The translations under genes and the position numbers were made by a program. The notes below the pieces were generated by a model. It did no database searches. It was not told the DNA's origin and worked only from the letters and a program-made list of their open reading frames with translations. A DNA stretch of 64,000 bases, from contig NC_081360.1 of NCBI RefSeq assembly GCF_030684315.1, positions 26,395,818-26,459,817 of the forward strand, given 5' to 3'. Source of the DNA: Stegostoma tigrinum. Lineage: Eukaryota. Positions 27,401 to 40,641 of the stretch are shown here, in pieces (the stretch's first letter is position 1; each line of letters opens with the position of its first letter).

Positions 27401-27729
27401 ACATAACTCCCCATTCAGACACTGTATAGGGAGAAGTTTCAGATCTGAATTCTTCATTCGCAGCCTCTGTACTTGTGTATGCTGTTAAATCTTCCATGAG
27501 CATTCATCTACTAAATCTCTCTCCAGCTCCTCATATGCAATCAAACATGCTTTTCCTCTACCATGGATGCTCTGTGAGAAAATGGCAATTAATCCCACAT
27601 TCTTCTTTCAGAATATCCTAATTTAGTCATAAGTTTCATCCCCTTTCATTTGTTTCAAGGTCATTTGTATCAGGTCAAAATTAATATTCTGTGGCCTATT
27701 GCTGATGATAAAAGGCTCTTCAACATTAC

Positions 27730-27936
27730 CTAAGTAAGCTGCCTGACTTGTGGATTCTGCCAAGCCTTCCCTGCGAAGATCCTTCCCAGCATCCCCAGGG
27801 GTGGAGCAGTGGGCTGGAGAATTTTCCAACATGAAGTTCTTGCTACGGGAAGTGCTGATGATTCGTGGCGGAAGGAGAATATTGATTACTGTTTGTAACA
27901 GCAGGAAAACCTCAGGCTGCTCCAAATTTGGACTAT
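27730..27936 (-). CDS. UNC80: UNC80 coding exon 12/18 (207 nt)
   Basis: atccag|AT AGT...TTA G|gtaatg; (D)SPNLEQPEVFLLLQTVINILLPPRII...AESTSQAAYL. Confidence 0.96.
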
Positions 27937-29506
27937 CTGGATCACAAAGGAAGAATATCATTGGGAAAAAAAACTCACACCAATCTGACAGACTTTTGGA
28001 CAGAGAGAAGATTCACATTACCAGTGTTATTTCAACTCAGAAAGCCACACAATACATTTACTTTGTTTTCAAACTGCAAATAGATAGATTTCAGAAGAGA
28101 ATGGCTCCCCACCTCCTCAATATCATTTTACGTTGCATTCAAACCTTCAAGCTGATCTCATACACTTTGGAGGGTGGTTGACTTGAACCCCCAGATCTTT
28201 GTACAACCTCAATATTAACATTAACAAACAGGAACACCGACTTGGGTTTTCATGGAGTTGGAGAGACTTTGCAGAGGGGTGAAAACGGAGATCAGGGATT
28301 CTGGTATTCCAACACCCTCTTGCCAGTGTTTCAGATTTTCACCTGGACATTTTCAGGCTGCGGATTGGTTTGGGTTATCAGCGCAGCCTTCCACTCCTGA
28401 TCTGGTTGGCTCCATTTCAGGTGTTGGCATTTCCAAGTCGTCCAGGATTTTCATGGAGCAGGACCAACATTTTAGTTATGGCAGCTCAAGGGATGTCATG
28501 AACAACAATCTGCAGAAGAGAATCTTTTGAAAGCCAAGTTCAGAAACCTTTCCATGCCCAAGTGTGACTCCCTTACCCTCCACAGCTTCTCATTCTGACA
28601 TGGCTCTCATCTTTGCATGTCCTCCATGTCCCATATCCCAAGATGTGTCCTTTACTTGACCCCTATGTGGCCCCTCATTCTTGTGCTCAATTACCTATTG
28701 TACACTGCATATAAGCAATGAACACCGTCGGGACAATATGGCTTGTTAAAAAATGACTTTAAGGACAGTATTTCATTGAAAACATTCTATTGTCGTCAAA
28801 ACAACCTCATTTTCACTATAGGCAAATATATTTATCAATCATCCATAACTTGTAAGATACCAAGAGCAGAAACTGGGATCACTTGGAACTCATATCTTGT
28901 ATAAATTAGCATTATGCGATTGACAGAAGAGGTCAGGAATCCAGAGATATCAATCAAGCAATGTTTACCGCAGGGTACAGCTGTTTCAAAAGGCTAATGA
29001 ACTCTCTGCTAATCTTCATTATACATTCTTGGCTAGAAACTCAGACATCCATTTAAATCGAAGTTGCCGATCAACCAAAAGTGTGACAAGGTTTAATGTA
29101 TAGGCCCTTAACTTGAATTGCAATGCTCTCTGACTGTTGTGACTGGGCTGTTATTGAACAACACTTTCTACAATTACAAACCACCTTTTTTAGGTGTTAC
29201 TTTGGATTAAAATTTAGTTTACGTTCTTATTATTAAAAATAACGTTTATATATCCAACATATTTACTGTGTTTATTGTAGAAACAGAAAGTATGCTTGAA
29301 GAAAACAAAAGCAGTCAAAAATCACAATTTTTTAAAATTATAAATATGTTATCTAGCAATTCCTTGGAGTTTTGTCGATAGAAAATTATTGTGTAACTTG
29401 CAGCAAAGTTTCTTTCGCTGATATGTGTGATTTCTTTTCTATTTCCAAACTGAAAGGAGCAAGATGTGCAAAAGTAACAATGCTTCTTTTACATAAAGTA
29501 GCAGAC

Positions 29507-29630
29507 CTTTGCTTCCTGTTCCAACTGTTAGCACAAACGGTATCAGAAGATTCAGGAGCATGCCTTCCCTTCTTTCTTGATTTGTAAATGGGGAAATCAC
29601 ATGACTCAATGGGAAGTCTTCTTTCAAAGC
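29507..29630 (-). CDS. UNC80: UNC80 coding exon 11/18 (124 nt)
   Basis: tgaaag|GCT TTG...AAA G|gtctgc; ALKEDFPLSHVISPFTNQERREGMLLNLLIPFVLTVGTGSK. Confidence 0.94.
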
Positions 29631-29702
29631 CTTTCATGAGGAAAAAGAGAGTTGAATTAGAATGTTTCAAAAGCTCCTAAATTCGAACAGCTCTATAACA
29701 CA

Positions 29703-29784
29703 CCTGACAGATCTAAAGAAGTAACATTGGACTCGAAATGTTAACTCTGTTTCACTCTCCACAGATGCTGCCAGAACTGTCAGG
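29703..29784 (+). mobile_element. PLE family B terminal fragment abutting a family A PLE
   Basis: ctaaagaagtaacattggactcgaaatgttaactctgtttcactctccacagatgctgccaga. Confidence 0.7.
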
Positions 29785-31905
29785 TAGTATAGCGCACTGA
29801 CCTCTACATCACGTCAACTCTCCAACACCACCTCCTACTGCCCCCTTGATCATGACCCCACCCTCGACTACCAACCCATCCACAACCTCATCACTTCAGG
29901 TGACCTCCCACCCACAGCCTCCAACTTCATCGTTCCCCAACCTCGCACCGCCGGCTTCTATCTTATTCCCAAAATCCACAAATGTGACTGCCCTGGTCGA
30001 CCCATTGTCTCTGCCTGCTTCAGCCCCATTGAGCTTATCTCCACCTATCTGGTCTCCATTTTCTCCCTCTTGGTCCAGGAACTCCATACCTACATCCGTG
30101 ACACCACTCTCACCCTCTACCTCCTCCAGAACTTCCAATTCCTCGGTCCCCAACACCTCATCTGTACCATGGATGTCCAGTCCCTATACATCTGCATTCC
30201 GCATGCAGGTGGCCTAAAGTCCCTTCCCTTCTTTCTGTCCTGCAGGCCTGACCAGTCCCCCTCCACTGACACCCTCATCTGCTTAGCCGAACTCATCCTC
30301 ACCCTCAACAAATTCTCTTTCAATTCCTCCCACTTCCTACAGACAAAGGGGGTGGCCATGGGTACCCGCATGGGCCCAAGCTATGCCTGCCTCTTTGTAG
30401 GTTACGTGGAACAATCCGTCTTCCCGCACCCACACTGGCCCTAAACCCTGCCTCTTCCTTCGTTACATTGATGATTGTATCAGCGCCGCTCGTGCTCCCT
30501 CGAGGAGTTTGGACAGTTCATCCACTTCACCAACACCTTCCACCCCAACCTTAAGTTCACCTGGACCATCTATAATATCTCTCACTCCTTCCTGGACCTC
30601 TCTGTCTCCATCTCAGGCAACCACCTAGAAAGTGACATCCATTTCAAGGCCACCGACTCCCACAGCTACCTAGAATACACCTCCTCCCACCCACCCTCCT
30701 GCAAAAATTCCATCCCCTATTCCCAATTCCTTTACCTCCGCTGCATTTGCTCCCAGGATGAGGCATTTCACTCCCGTACATCTCAGATGTCCTCGTTTTT
30801 CAAGGACCGCAACTTCCCCCCATCAGTGGTCAAGAATGCCCTTGGCCATGTCTTGTGCATTTCCTGCGACTCATCCTCACACCCCCTCCCCACACAATAA
30901 CCACCAACCTCTGGATCCAACGCATCATCCTCCAATACTTCAGTCGTCTGCAATCTGACCCACCACCAAACATATTTTTCCCTCCCCACCTTTAACTGCT
31001 GTCCAGAGGGACCACTCTCAGCGACTCCCTTGACCACTCCACACTCCCCTCCAGCCCCACCTCACCCAGCACTTTTCCCTGCAACCACAGGAAGTGCTGT
31101 ACCTGCCTCCACACCTCCCCACCTCACCCTGGGCCCCAAGATGACTTTCCACATCAAGCAGGTGTTCATCTGCACATCTGCCAATGTGGTATACTGTATC
31201 CGCTGTACCCGGTGTGGCCTCCTCTACATTGGGGAAACCAAGCGGAGGCTTGGGAACCGCTTTGCAGAACACCTACGCTCGGTTCACAATAAACAACTGC
31301 ATCTCCCAGTCGCGAACCATTTCAACCCACCCTCCCATTCTGCAGACGACATGTCCATCATGAGCCTCCTGCAGTGCCACAATGATGCCACCCGAAGGTT
31401 GCAGAAACAGCAACTCGTATTCCCCTTGGGAACCCTGCAACCCAATGGTATCAATGTGGACTTCACAAGCTTCAAAATCTCCCCTCCCCTGACTGCTTCC
31501 CAGAACTAGCTCAGCTCATCCCCGCCCCCCCAACCTGTCCTTCCTCCTGCCTATCCCCTCCTCCCACTTCAAGCCGCACCCACATTTCCTACCTACTAAC
31601 CTCATCCCGCCCCCTTGACCTGTCCTTCGTTGCTGGACTGACCTATCCCCCCCAACTCCACACCACGACTCCATCCCTGCCTTTTTGACCTATCTGTCTC
31701 CTCTCCACCTATCTTCTCCTCTATCCATCTTCTATCCGCCTCTCGCTCTCTCCCTATTTATTTCAAAATCCCCTTCCCCTCCCCCATTTCTGAAGAAGGG
31801 TCTAGGCCCGAAACATCAGCCTTGCTGCTCGGTCTGCTGTGTACATCCAGTCTACACCTTATTATCTCAGATTCTCCAGCATCTGCAGTTCCTACTATCT
31901 CTGAA
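29785..31905 (+). mobile_element. Penelope-like retroelement (RT + GIY-YIG), 5'-truncated and frameshifted (family A)
   Basis: RT motifs TMDVQSLY, GVAMG and RYIDD (30461-30475). GIY-YIG NVVYCIRCTRCGLLYIGETKRRL. C-rich 3' region, then a terminus with a hammerhead-like core. Confidence 0.93.
31790..31817 (+). ncRNA. Minimal hammerhead ribozyme-like motif in the PLE terminus
   Basis: CTGAAGA-a-GGG(tctagg)CCC-GAAAC-ATC. PLE termini are known to carry minimal hammerheads. Confidence 0.65.
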
Positions 31906-32217
31906 ACAACCGTTAGGACATGTATGTGTTTATATGTTTTGATTTGATTGTCTAATAATTTTGTTCCCGCCTATAGAAAATACTTCTCAGGGAGGTGAAA
32001 TTTACTTTAGATTCTTCTAATTTTCCAATTGTAACCTTGGTGAAAGCTTGGGGAAACTGACTAAATCTATATTTGTGCCATATCTCCAGAGTTTCTGTTG
32101 TTCATGGGAAAGTGAGAGATTGAGAGACTTTTCTCCCCTGCCTTGTGAAACCCCTTCTTCCCAGCCAGCAACCAGGAAGTTTCACCTTCACGACTTGAAG
32201 CAGTAAAACACGAATAC

Positions 32218-32343
32218 CTGAATCTGTAATGCGACGAGCCGAACGACAGCTGTGCTGAAAGGTAGAGGCGGAGAAAGATATGGGCTTAAGTGCAGAAGAG
32301 GCAGACCATCGGCAACACTGGAAGGTCCAACCACACCCATTAC
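32218..32343 (-). CDS. UNC80: UNC80 coding exon 10/18 (126 nt)
   Basis: ttacag|GTA ATG...ATT CAG|gtattc; VMGVVGPSSVADGLPLLHLSPYLSPPLPFSTAVVRLVALQIQ. Confidence 0.96.
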
Positions 32344-35300
32344 CTGTAAGTAAGAAATGAAAGAACTCATTTGTCCTCATAATGATTCAGATAGGCAACC
32401 TTTCTTAAAATGTCTTGATAGTTTTGTTTAATCCTTTTCACTAACAAACCAAAAATCCGAGCGTGTATTCTTTACCTATTTATTTTTGATAGTATAATTG
32501 GAAAGTAAGCAGTTGGCCACCCTATTTCTTGATCAGGCTTACACGTATGAAATTATTTAACTCACTTCTAAACGCACTGAAGTTTCCTTTTTGCAGTCCA
32601 CTGTCAAGATTTAGACATAACCGAGGCTGCCACGTGCCTCAGCTACAGGATTAGCTGGACCAGACCAATCAGCTAGAATCGATTGTTGGTGCTGAGGACA
32701 CTGTAATTTGTCTTAGCAACCTGATATTAAGGAGGAAGATTTCCTGCTTTTGTTCATTATCCAGTGACCCTGGTTGTAAACGATTAGAGGTTAGATATGT
32801 CAATGCATTGAACAAACAGGAGCCACAAGTTTGGGAATTATGGAGGAAGAAATTAAAAAAAAAGATTGAATGTACCTGAGAGGAAATGGGTTACAGCCAC
32901 GGTAGCACCATTATAAATTTTCTCCCCCTTCCCTCTCAGGTGGATGACGACTCTGACTGGATTTGGATTCTATGACAGTCCATTAAGTTATTTTTAAAGG
33001 CTATACAGATGCTCAGCTACTGCTGCCTGAAAAGCCAGCGGTGACAATGCCAAGGCCCTGTCTGTGAGGCTGACCAGTCTGTCTGCTGCATGCCTTTGTA
33101 GTTCCGTAGCGCAGGGTGTTTCCCATTTTTGATGGCAAATCAGAACTGATCAGCTCTCCCGAACCAGCAGTGCCAACAGGGGCAACAGGCAGTGCTGGCA
33201 CTTCAGTAGACACTAAGAGGAGGATCACTGAGGAGCCCCAGAATGGAACTAAGTGAGTTGGGCCCAATCATTGATGCCCTGGCAGAGGTGAGTCGGTGTA
33301 AAAATAAGGAAGGTGTCTTCGTGGAGGGTCAGCCTTGATGTCAGTGGGTCCGTCAGTTTGGCAGAGGGTGCCCAGGAAAGGGGGTACACTCTTAATGCTG
33401 CAGTTACATCTGCCGTGATGCTCCATGTGCTTGTTTGCACCCACATGCCACTGGAGTTAAGGCAGGAGACTGAAGTCCATAAGTAGCCCATACGTGGCCA
33501 TTTAAAGCTCTTAACTGGCCTTCAGCGGGGAAACTTATTCTCAATTCTGATTACCCAGTACTTAATGGGGAGAAGTCAAGAAATGAATGTGCTCTCAAAC
33601 CCAAGTCTTACACAGGACCCCTGACCTCCCACACTAACCCTGAAACAAGATGTTAAATTCCACTTCACTTAAATACACTTGGATTTCCAGCAAGGGTTAT
33701 GCAATGACAAGCAGGATCACTGAGCATGCATGGATTCTTCCTCCTCTTTCTGGTTTGAGACCACTCATAGTGCTATAGTATTCACTGGGACAAGGATCTC
33801 AGACTTTGGTCTGAATTTTCATAATGATTGAGAGGGCCTCCGGCCTAGACAACATGGTGCCAGTGACCTGATTTAGAAGGCCACCACGGAACAGGATGCC
33901 TATGATTTCAGCCAAGGACTGGGTGGGGTTCGAAGCACAACTGTGTGGTTCGGGAAAGCAACTGTGTAGGTTCAAGTACATGCTCACTCAAAACTTTTCC
34001 AAGTTTTGCTAATGGGATATCCAAGCATGCCTGATTAGCTTTTTCAGGAAATAGTCCAAAGGTTCTGGAGTTCTTTGAAGAGGCTGGGCATACTTGTGAA
34101 AAAGTATGGTGGAACAACTGGCTGAGGTACGATGCCCTCTGGGAGAGATCAAACACACTTGAGATTGTCAAAAGTAGTTGCTAAACAACTGCGAGTAAAA
34201 GGAAAATTAATTAACTCATTGGAACTATCACGCTCATCTGTGCTGTACAACTGGTTCACAAACTGTCAGGAAAGTGGGGTTTCTATCTATTTATAGCATC
34301 AATGTCTAATTGCTTATAAAGTCCTTGAAGTGGGCATTATGCATAGAAATTCTTGCATTAAATAGGAATTAAATAGTTGAAGGTAATTAAATGTAGTGAG
34401 ACAGTTGTAATCAGTGGGGAGGTGTTTTCTCCCTCAAGTGATTCATCAATAGACATGTAAGAATATCATGTATTCTACTTCATCTCAGCATTAGTTCTGA
34501 GGCTCTCTCAGTAGATACTGGGTTGTACTAACATGGAAGATATATGGGCAGAGAGGGGTTGATGGAGTCAACAGTCAGCATAAGTTGGGGATAAGTTGGT
34601 TCAATTGCTATGGAGGTGGGTAGAGGGGCATAATTTGACATGGGGGGAATGAGCAGTAGGTGGCATGTGACGACAAGGGTTGTCACGAATGGGAGAAGAA
34701 GTGTGTTGGAATGGGTGGAGTGGCACTGGGATATGTTGGTAATGATTTTATTGGACAGAGAGGCCCTGGTGAATATTCTCGTGATGTAGGTACAAAATCC
34801 AGTGCACAGCTAGTCAAAATTACATTTAACTAATAACAGATGGAATTATAAAATTAGTCTCATTCTGGAGGCCATGACAACTATTATCAATTGTTGTAAT
34901 GATACTGTAGCTTTAAGAGCGGTTTTTTGACCTGGTTTGTTTTTCATGAAAGTTTCAACAGAGGTGCTGAATAGTCTGCTCCAAAGCAAAGGAAGTAAAC
35001 AGCTTGTGAGGCCTTGGGTTGTTTTTAAGTTAGAACAATAGAATGGGTGGGAGCAAGCTCCCACAGAACCAGGGTTTTTTCAGTTTTAGTCTTTAGTAGC
35101 AGTCACTGGGCACATGAAGCTACAAGTGGAAGCTCTTATTCCATTATCTGTCACAGCTAAAAGCTGGGGTTCTCTTCCTGCTGCTAGCATTACATGTGAG
35201 ACAATCCGTTTTATTGACTGTGCCTTTGCCAAAGGTGTATTTATGGCACATTGTTGCATTGGAATAGTTAATGAGTAGTAACTAATGTATATTATCTTGC

Positions 35301-35390
35301 TATGCATTTCAATAGAGTTACTACTAAGCCAATTATTTCATTTTAATTATGCCTGTGCTTTAATCATAGTGTATGAATAAGGTGTTTTGG

Positions 35391-35712
35391 GGCGGCACGG
35401 TGGCTCAGTGGTTAGCACTGCTGCCTCACAGCACCAGGGACCCAGGTTCGATTCTAGCCTCAGGTCTGTGTGGAGTTTGCACATTATCCCCGTGTCTGTG
35501 CGGGTTTCCTCCGGGTGCTCCAGCTTCCTCCCACAGTCCAAAAAAATGTGCAGGTTAGGTGGATTGGCCATACTAAATTGCCCGTAGTGTTCATGGAGGT
35601 GTAGATGAGATGGGTTACAAGGGGACAGGTGTGGGTGGGATGCTCTGAGGGTCGTTGTGGACTTGTTAGGCCAAAGGGCCTGTTTCAACACTGTAGGGGA
35701 TTCTATGATTCT
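35391..35712 (+). mobile_element. HE1 SINE (V-SINE), full length
   Basis: Box A tggctcagtgg and box B ggttcgattc, V-domain gtggagtttgcac...ggtttcctccgggtgctcc, and a CR1/HER1-type tail ending gattctatgattct. Confidence 0.92.
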
Positions 35713-36133
35713 AGTGTGTTTTGTTTCAAGCCTGGTGGTTTGACCAATCAAATCACATCCAGAATACAACACCTTACACTTAGCTTTAAAATAAGAAAAC
35801 ATTTGCGTATAGGCTGTCTTCTTAACTTATTTTCAGAGGGCTTGGTCTGGTCCATAACGTGTTGTTAAAAAAAACAATTTAGTTCAAATGCTGACCTCTC
35901 CAATGTTTGTTTGTTTCCTTGTTATGCTACTGTATGGAACTGAACTGTGTTTTTGACCAGGTTTTTTTTTATGAATAAAGTATATTTTTGAAAAAAAAAA
36001 TTAATGCTGGCCTTTCTGATGATTCCCATATCCCATGAAGGAGTAACAACAATTGAAGAGCTCTTTGACTTTGAAAGACAATATTGAAGTTTGACAGGGA
36101 TTGGTTAAATTTCACTGCTTCCCAGCTACTCAC

Positions 36134-36257
36134 CAAATTGACACAAACATTAATCAATGACCTGAGATGTGGCAGGAATGAAATGATTGGCTGCCTTTGG
36201 AGGGTGACACAAATGCCTTCAATTAAACTGCTCGCAGCTTCCCACTCCACCTGGCGC
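36134..36257 (-). CDS. UNC80: UNC80 coding exon 9/18 (124 nt)
   Basis: ctgcag|G CGC CAG...AAT TTG|gtgagt; RQVEWEAASSLIEGICVTLQRQPIISFLPHLRSLINVCVNL. Confidence 0.96.
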
Positions 36258-37479
36258 CTGCAGAAACATTAAAAATCAACCAGAATCTGACAAAATATTC
36301 CAATGTTTATGTACAATAATGCCATGTACGACTTTAACCATAAATTTTACTAGTCTTGCATCTAACAAATCTGTCACTTTTCACAGCTACAAAATGTATG
36401 TAAATTGTTGCCTCCAACTGGCTACAATATAATTTCCTAACAAAACCAAATCAAAGTGCTTTAATCAATTGAAAAAAATATAAGAAATAGAAAGTTATTT
36501 CCTGCTCAATTTTCCTGCCTTTTGACATCCCAGCCTTTCAAATTGAAACCGGATCTGCAGACACATCTTTATTGAACAACAGCAGTTAATAGAACTTCAG
36601 AATATGTGGGCTTAAAACTCTTCTCACAGAAAACCCATTCTGTACTCTTGCAGACTCCTTGAAAAGTTGATCAAGATGTAAACTAACTTGTCACTGTTTA
36701 ATATATCAGAGTACATCTTAATATAAAACCTACTTCTTCTCAGCAGAACTTTGTTGGCGAAGACATACTGTGGAGTAGGCAGGTGTTAGTAAGGGAGACT
36801 GACAATGTGTGTTCACAGTAACATCCTGGCTTGCAGAGTAAAGGGCTACAATCTAAGCATGTACATAGGGAGCTATGTTACCGCCGATGCAAAAACTACA
36901 CGATGGTAGGCATAATAATGATGAGACTCTGGTGAAGTAGCTCTAGCTTAGAACTTGTGTAGCTGTTTTTAGCTAGCTTGGTGTTAATAAATAGTTGTTC
37001 AAAAATATCCAACAGTCTAGCTATATCTTTAATTTAGAGCAAGGCCACACAAACATCGCCTAGAACCCAACCTAATGATATTAGCCAATGGCACCAGTGA
37101 GCAGGGTTGAAACAGCTTAATGACCAAATCAGCACTCAAACTAGTGGAATTGGTGAAATCTCGTAATCTCCCACACAGTGCAGGGAAAAGGTCCAAAATG
37201 GCATATTTGGAGAAAGAGATTCACACACTATAAGAATGTCCCAGCATTAGTGACAACAAAGATTAAGTCAGGACATTCTTGCATGCTGCATTGTGGGTAA
37301 CATGCATACAAGGCAAGCAGGAAGCAAAAAGGACATAACTGGCAGGTACGATTCTGATTTTAGTGTTTCACACAACATTATAATTAAACAAAATTTAACA
37401 GGAGAAATCAATCTTGGAATGCCTCAATTAGGTCATTTAGAATCTCTGACATTTATTGGATAATTGTAGGAATGATTAT

Positions 37480-38070
37480 TTATTGATTTTTATGACTTGT
37501 GTATAATATTGGTCTCCTGATTCAAGGTAGGATATTGGAAGCAGCTCAGAGGTTGTCTACTGGACTAATACCTTGTCTTGTGAGAAAAGGTTGGTAAGGA
37601 TGGCTTCCATCTGCTAGAATTTAAAGATGCAAGCAGCAACTTGATTGAAATTTTAGATCCTGAGGTGGATTCGCAGATTGGATGTGGAAAGGATTTCTCT
37701 TGTAATCTGGAATGAGGGCGTCACCCAAATAATAGGAAAGTGAGGATTTCTTTTTTTCACACAGGGGGCCAGCAGTCTTTGGATCTCTTCTTGAAAAGGC
37801 AGTGGAAGCAGGGTCTTTGAATATTTTTAAGACAGTGGAAGATGAAGGGTTTGGTAAGCATGGGTCGAAAGGTTCAAAAACAAAATTGCTGGAAAAGCTC
37901 AGCAGGTCTGGCAGCATCTGTGATGGAGAAAACAGAGTTATAATTTGAAAGGTTATCTGGGACACACAGGGAACGCAGATTTGAGGTTCCAATCAGATCA
38001 GCCATGATCTTATTGAATGATAGAACAAGGTTCATAAGGTCAAAGGCCTATTAATGCTCCTAACTAGTAT
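37480..38070 (+). mobile_element. Old CR1 3' end containing a family B PLE terminal piece (minus strand, about 37875-37942)
   Basis: CR1-like tail cagatcagccatgatcttattgaatg. The insert reads aattgctggaaaagctcagcaggtctggcagcatctg. Confidence 0.7.
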
Positions 38071-38902
38071 GTTCACAGGTATGCTAACATTTATATATAC
38101 AAAATGCTAAAAGATGATTTGATCAGAGGGGGAGTAGTGGTTTTGCTTTAGATTCAACTCTTAAATTTGACACAACCCAGGGAAGAATTTAACATTGATT
38201 AAAGCACTGTATTCGGCTAAACACTTCTTGGATTACAGTTCAAGTTTGAAACTGATTGAGAGCCATTTTTAACTTTGTTAAAGACAAAGGCAATCACAAA
38301 GGTTCTGCTTCAGAGCCGATTATTCAGATAGAGGTTCATGTGATGATACCATCCCAGCATATATTCAGTGGAAATATCCAGCTACTGCCAATACATTATT
38401 GACAATACCCACTGACTATCCATGCCAGGATGAAATTCATCAAGGAAATTGAAGATTTTCGTTACCTAACCTCTGAATACCTGCACGTGACTGCAATAAA
38501 GAGGCAGGAAATTAGGCAGGGACAAGATACAGGATGAGAAATGCGCACAGAATTAGATGTGTTGTCACAACAGAGGGTCAGCACATTGTGAGACAACATT
38601 TTGAGCAGTGTAGATAGCTTAGCAGTCACTGCTGACCTCTTGGTTTATGACAAGAGTCTGTTTAACTCATGCAACTTTTATCTTGAAATCCTCCAACTAG
38701 TAGGAGCACCAAGACATCATCAAATATGTTTGTATGGTGGAGAGAAATTAATGGTCACTGGTAGACAGTGGGTGTGATTTTTTATTTGTTCTCAGAGGAG
38801 GTGATAAGACTGGCTAACATGTTAATTTAATCAGAAACTCACCATTGAGATAAACGTTAGACATTAAGCCCTCCTTTCGTAGAAGATGTGTAAATCTTCT
38901 CA

Positions 38903-38916
38903 CCACCAGGTGGCAA
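38903..38916 (+). promoter_or_regulatory. Candidate CTCF site
   Basis: CCACCAGGTGGCAA matches 13 of 14 positions of CCASYAGRKGGCRS, in apparently non-repetitive intron. Confidence 0.4.
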
Positions 38917-40440
38917 TGCATGTATTTGCAGTGAATCACTTTTATAACTTGCTAGAATTAACTTTGCCTTCTCAATTAATTTCTGCTCAAACTGTGATAC
39001 TCGACAATTCAAATACTTGACTGTAGATGGCAAGTACATACTTAGCAACTTGGTCTTCAGTCTCCAGTCTGGGCAGGTTATCTTTTCTTTTTGCCTCTGG
39101 TGAAATGCTGGAAACATTCATTATTTTTAATGTCAATGTTAGCTCTGCAACTGTTTCAGGGATCACGGCAGAATGTATCACTGTACCCTCACAGAACTCA
39201 ACTGCATTGTTAATTCAAAACAATTTATGTCCGTTTCATTTAACAAAAACTGGGCTCACAGCACAACGGGTTCCTCGCATCCTTGCATGGAGTTTCCTAC
39301 TTGAACACAATTGACAAACTGGGCACAAGCTGCTTGCAAACATTTCATTCTTGATGCCAGTAAACAAAAACAAAAGCTGTGCTTTATAACATGATTGTTT
39401 CTCACTATATTAAAATATGCTTCAAAGCATTTAAGAGCAGCAATCTGGTCCAGTTTTATCAATAAAGCTGAAGTATACTTTAACACACAGAATAAACCTT
39501 TTCCTCTGTGTTTCAGCCACTGCCTCTAAGTAACTAATTTTAAATGACTTTAAATAAAACCATACAGCACCATTAACTACTTAAATTAGTGTGCACAAGT
39601 CAGTTTCTTGGTAAGTTAAACATTTAATAACTTATAATATTCGCTATTGCCTCAGCACTTTAAACTTAAAGTTATGTTGAGGGAACCTCATCTTTGGAAC
39701 TCACCCTCAGGCATGACCACAGACAGAAACCATGGGCTCTGGTGCTGCTCCAGGCCTGAACCCCTGGACCTATCTGGTCACAGTGACTCCACCCCCAAAA
39801 CCAGAGCACTGCAGGCTCCTGAAGCCTTGGGCTCAGTTATTGGCCCTAATAAATCTCCTGCTCAAGTTTTGGGTCCAAAATGACCCTCCTTTGGAACTGA
39901 TTGCCTTACTCTTCCTCCCCCCTCTTTTTTTCATAAGCATAAAACCCATCAGTTTTTCAGCCTCTTCCTGAGTCATATTAGACTTAAAACATTAATTCTT
40001 TTCACAGTTACAGCCACAGCTGCTGAGTTTCCCCTGCATTTTGTTTTCACTTCAGATTTCCATCATCTGCTTTTTTTACATAAGATTAATAAGGATCTCT
40101 GCATTATTGAAAATTTAACAGATGAAAGAGAAGTACTTTGGAAACTGCTTCAGAAATCTTTCTTGCCCTCTCTTTATCTCACTCATCTAATACAGAATGC
40201 AACTTCGTCCCTTGTAATTGTGCTGCTAATTTCACAATCCTATCTTCTCATTGGTTAAGGACACTGTTTGTTGCCCGATATACGAAGATCCCAAATGCAC
40301 CATTTCCCTCATTTGTCTGGCTGTCAGCTCCCACATTTAACAAGTTGTCACGCAAACAATATTAGAATCCAAATGCTCTAATTAACAGACGTTATTCGAT
40401 CACTTGTAACACCAGAATTTTCCAATGTTTAATAAGTTAC

Positions 40441-40641
40441 CTTAAGGTTGGCATTTTGTGAATCTTATTGAACATCCGATCTAATCTCTTTAAGATTAGG
40501 ATGAGAGCTGGTCGCACAGCTTCTGCAGTCCAGTCAGTGATTGGAAGCATTTCCATGATGTATCTCCGAAGTCCATGACTCTCCATTGTTTGAGTGTCGT
40601 ATGGTGCAAGCTTTAGAAGGGAATGTGCAATTTCAGCCAAC
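40441..40641 (-). CDS. UNC80: UNC80 coding exon 8/18 (201 nt)
   Basis: ccttag|G TTG GCT...TTA AG|gtaact; (R)LAEIAHSLLKLAPYDTQTME...FNKIHKMPTL. Confidence 0.96.

Noticed and set aside
27750-28181. 143-aa plus-strand ORF and similar ones at 16367, 20543, 29372, 36084 and 42277
   Set aside because: Antisense shadows of UNC80 exons.
35391-35465. tRNA-like A and B boxes
   Set aside because: SINE head continuing into the V-domain, not a tRNA gene.
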